Shown here piece after piece: positions 63,211 to 64,000 of a DNA stretch of 64,000 nt. The DNA is taken from the NCBI GenBank assembly GCA_003243965.1, contig QHBO01000045.1:38552-102551 (forward strand), given 5' to 3'. The notes beneath the pieces were generated by a model. The model saw only the letters and a list, made by a program, of their open reading frames with translations. It had not been told where the DNA came from and did no database searches. Position 1 is the first letter of the stretch; each line of letters begins with the position of its first letter. Origin of the DNA: Chloroflexota bacterium (lineage in GTDB: Bacteria; Chloroflexota; Limnocylindria; QHBO01). The position numbers were made by a program, and so were the translations under genes.

Positions 63211-64000
63211 TCAGGCACCTGGTGGCGCGCTCGTCGAGGCGCGCTCGATGAAGATCACCGGGGTGAGCGTGACGTCGGGCATCGGCTCTCCCTCCACCAG
63301 CGCCACCAGACTCAGCGCCGCGGCGCGGCCCCAGTCGGTCGCGTCCCGACGCACGGTCGTCAGCGCCGGACGCACATGAGCGGCGAGCGGGATGTCGTCG
63401 AAACCCACCACCGACAGCTCGTCGGGAAGTGTCAGACCCGCGTCGATGGCCACCGACATGCCGGCGATGGCCATCAGATCGTTGGCATAGACGATGGCGG
63501 TCGGCGCCTGACGCAGCGCCAGCAGGTGGCGAGTGGCGGCAGCGCCGCCCTCGCCGGTGAAATCGCCCTCCGCGAACAGGCTCGGCTGCAGGCCGTTCGC
63601 GCGCAGCTCATCGGCCCACACCCGGCGCCGCGCCACGGAATGCACGTAGCCCGGCGCACCACCCACGTGCGCGATGCGCCGATGCCCGAGCGCGACGAGG
63701 TGTCGGACGGCCGCCCGGATCCCTTCACGATCATTGGTCTCGAGCCACGGGAGCGAGCCGCCGGCTGACGGGCGACCGATCGCCACGCCCGGCAGATCCA
63801 GATCGGTGAGCCATGCGAATCGGGGGTCGTCGATGCGCAGATCGGTCAGAAACACCCCATCGACGCGCCCCTCGTGCGCCAGGCGGCGATAGCTCGCGGC
63901 CTCTGCCTCCGGGCTCCCGTCAACGACCTGCAAGACGAGCGCGAGGCCGCGGCTGGCGAGGACCGATTCGACGCCCGCGATGAACGCGGGGAAGAACGGA
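63211..64000 (-). CDS. LacI-family transcriptional regulator, C-terminal sugar-binding domain (N-terminus beyond the window end)
   Basis: PBP-like domain with LacI-family motifs (IVYANDLMAIAGMSVAIDAGLTLPDELSVVGFDDIPLA). The frame stays open to the window end. Confidence 0.7.
   Translation of the reverse strand, partial: PFFPAFIAGVESVLASRGLALVLQVVDGSPEAEAASYRRLAHEGRVDGVFLTDLRIDDPRFAWLTDLDLPGVAIGRPSAGGSLPWLETNDREGIRAAVRHLVALGHRRIAHVGGAPGYVHSVARRRVWADELRANGLQPSLFAEGDFTGEGGAAATRHLLALRQAPTAIVYANDLMAIAGMSVAIDAGLTLPDELSVVGFDDIPLAAHVRPALTTVRRDATDWGRAAALSLVALVEGEPMPDVTLTPVIFIERASTSAPPGA

Noticed and set aside
1-64000. CRISPR arrays, IS elements and a canonical parS (TGTTNCACGTGNAACA)
   Set aside because: No CRISPR-like regular repeats, no transposase-like ORFs and no canonical parS were found on visual scanning. 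Absence is provisional and needs a computational search.

Overview
This is a 64 kb, very GC-rich (~70%) chromosomal segment from a monoderm-type bacterium, either Actinomycetota or a Chloroflexota lineage such as Thermomicrobia. Almost every long ORF has a GC-driven mirror ORF on the opposite strand; these were discarded. Main contents, in order:
- 1-5.7 kb, minus strand: the 5' part of the division/cell-wall cluster mraZ-rsmH-ftsL-ftsI(PBP)-murF-mraY, with a textbook GTGGGG x3 MraZ operator in the mraZ leader.
- ~5.8-8.0 kb: a Cys-rich membrane hypothetical, an RNase P RNA (rnpB, compact type-A-like) and rnhA.
- 8.0-14.6 kb: a TCA block, sdhCDAB, an NAD-IDH-like gene and divergent sucCD.
- Two paralogous giant signalling proteins (class III adenylate cyclase + STAND ATPase + TPR) at 14.6-17.9 kb and 38.9-42.4 kb. 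The second has an N-terminal zinc ribbon and C-terminal helices both stranded out of frame (14634..17861, 38946..42077).
- 18-23.7 kb, minus strand: a propionyl-CoA carboxylase / methylmalonyl-CoA operon, tRNA-Met(CAU)-pccB-BC-BCCP-MCM catalytic subunit-epimerase.
- 23.9-25.7 kb: parAB. An 18-bp palindrome (TGTCTTTGCGCAAAGACA-like) recurs three times around pccB, the tRNA, parA and parB.
- 28.4-37.0 kb, minus strand: a translationally coupled 8-gene heme operon (MerR-like regulator, hemA, a hemC-hemD fusion, hemB, hemQ, hemL, hemE, hemH). It is the coproporphyrin-dependent route but carries no hemY/CgoX.
- 37-45 kb: small accessory genes (TfoX-N-like, SRPBCC, duplicated zinc ribbon, PEP-mutase/ICL family, GlsB, XRE regulator, ABM).
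- 45.3-47.9 kb: an acyl-CoA synthetase fused to an L-2-haloacid-dehalogenase-like HAD domain.
- 48.0-49.9 kb: an HhH mini-protein paired with a HerA-like DUF853 ATPase.
- 50-64 kb: two convergent LacI-regulated ABC sugar-uptake/glycoside-hydrolase operons (secreted possible hydrolase + GH39; GH130 + Gfo/Idh/MocA) whose 3' ends overlap.
No CRISPR array, transposase or integrase was seen. The most novel-looking items are the ACS-dehalogenase fusion, the recurring palindrome around parAB/pcc, and the AC-STAND paralog pair with frame disruptions.
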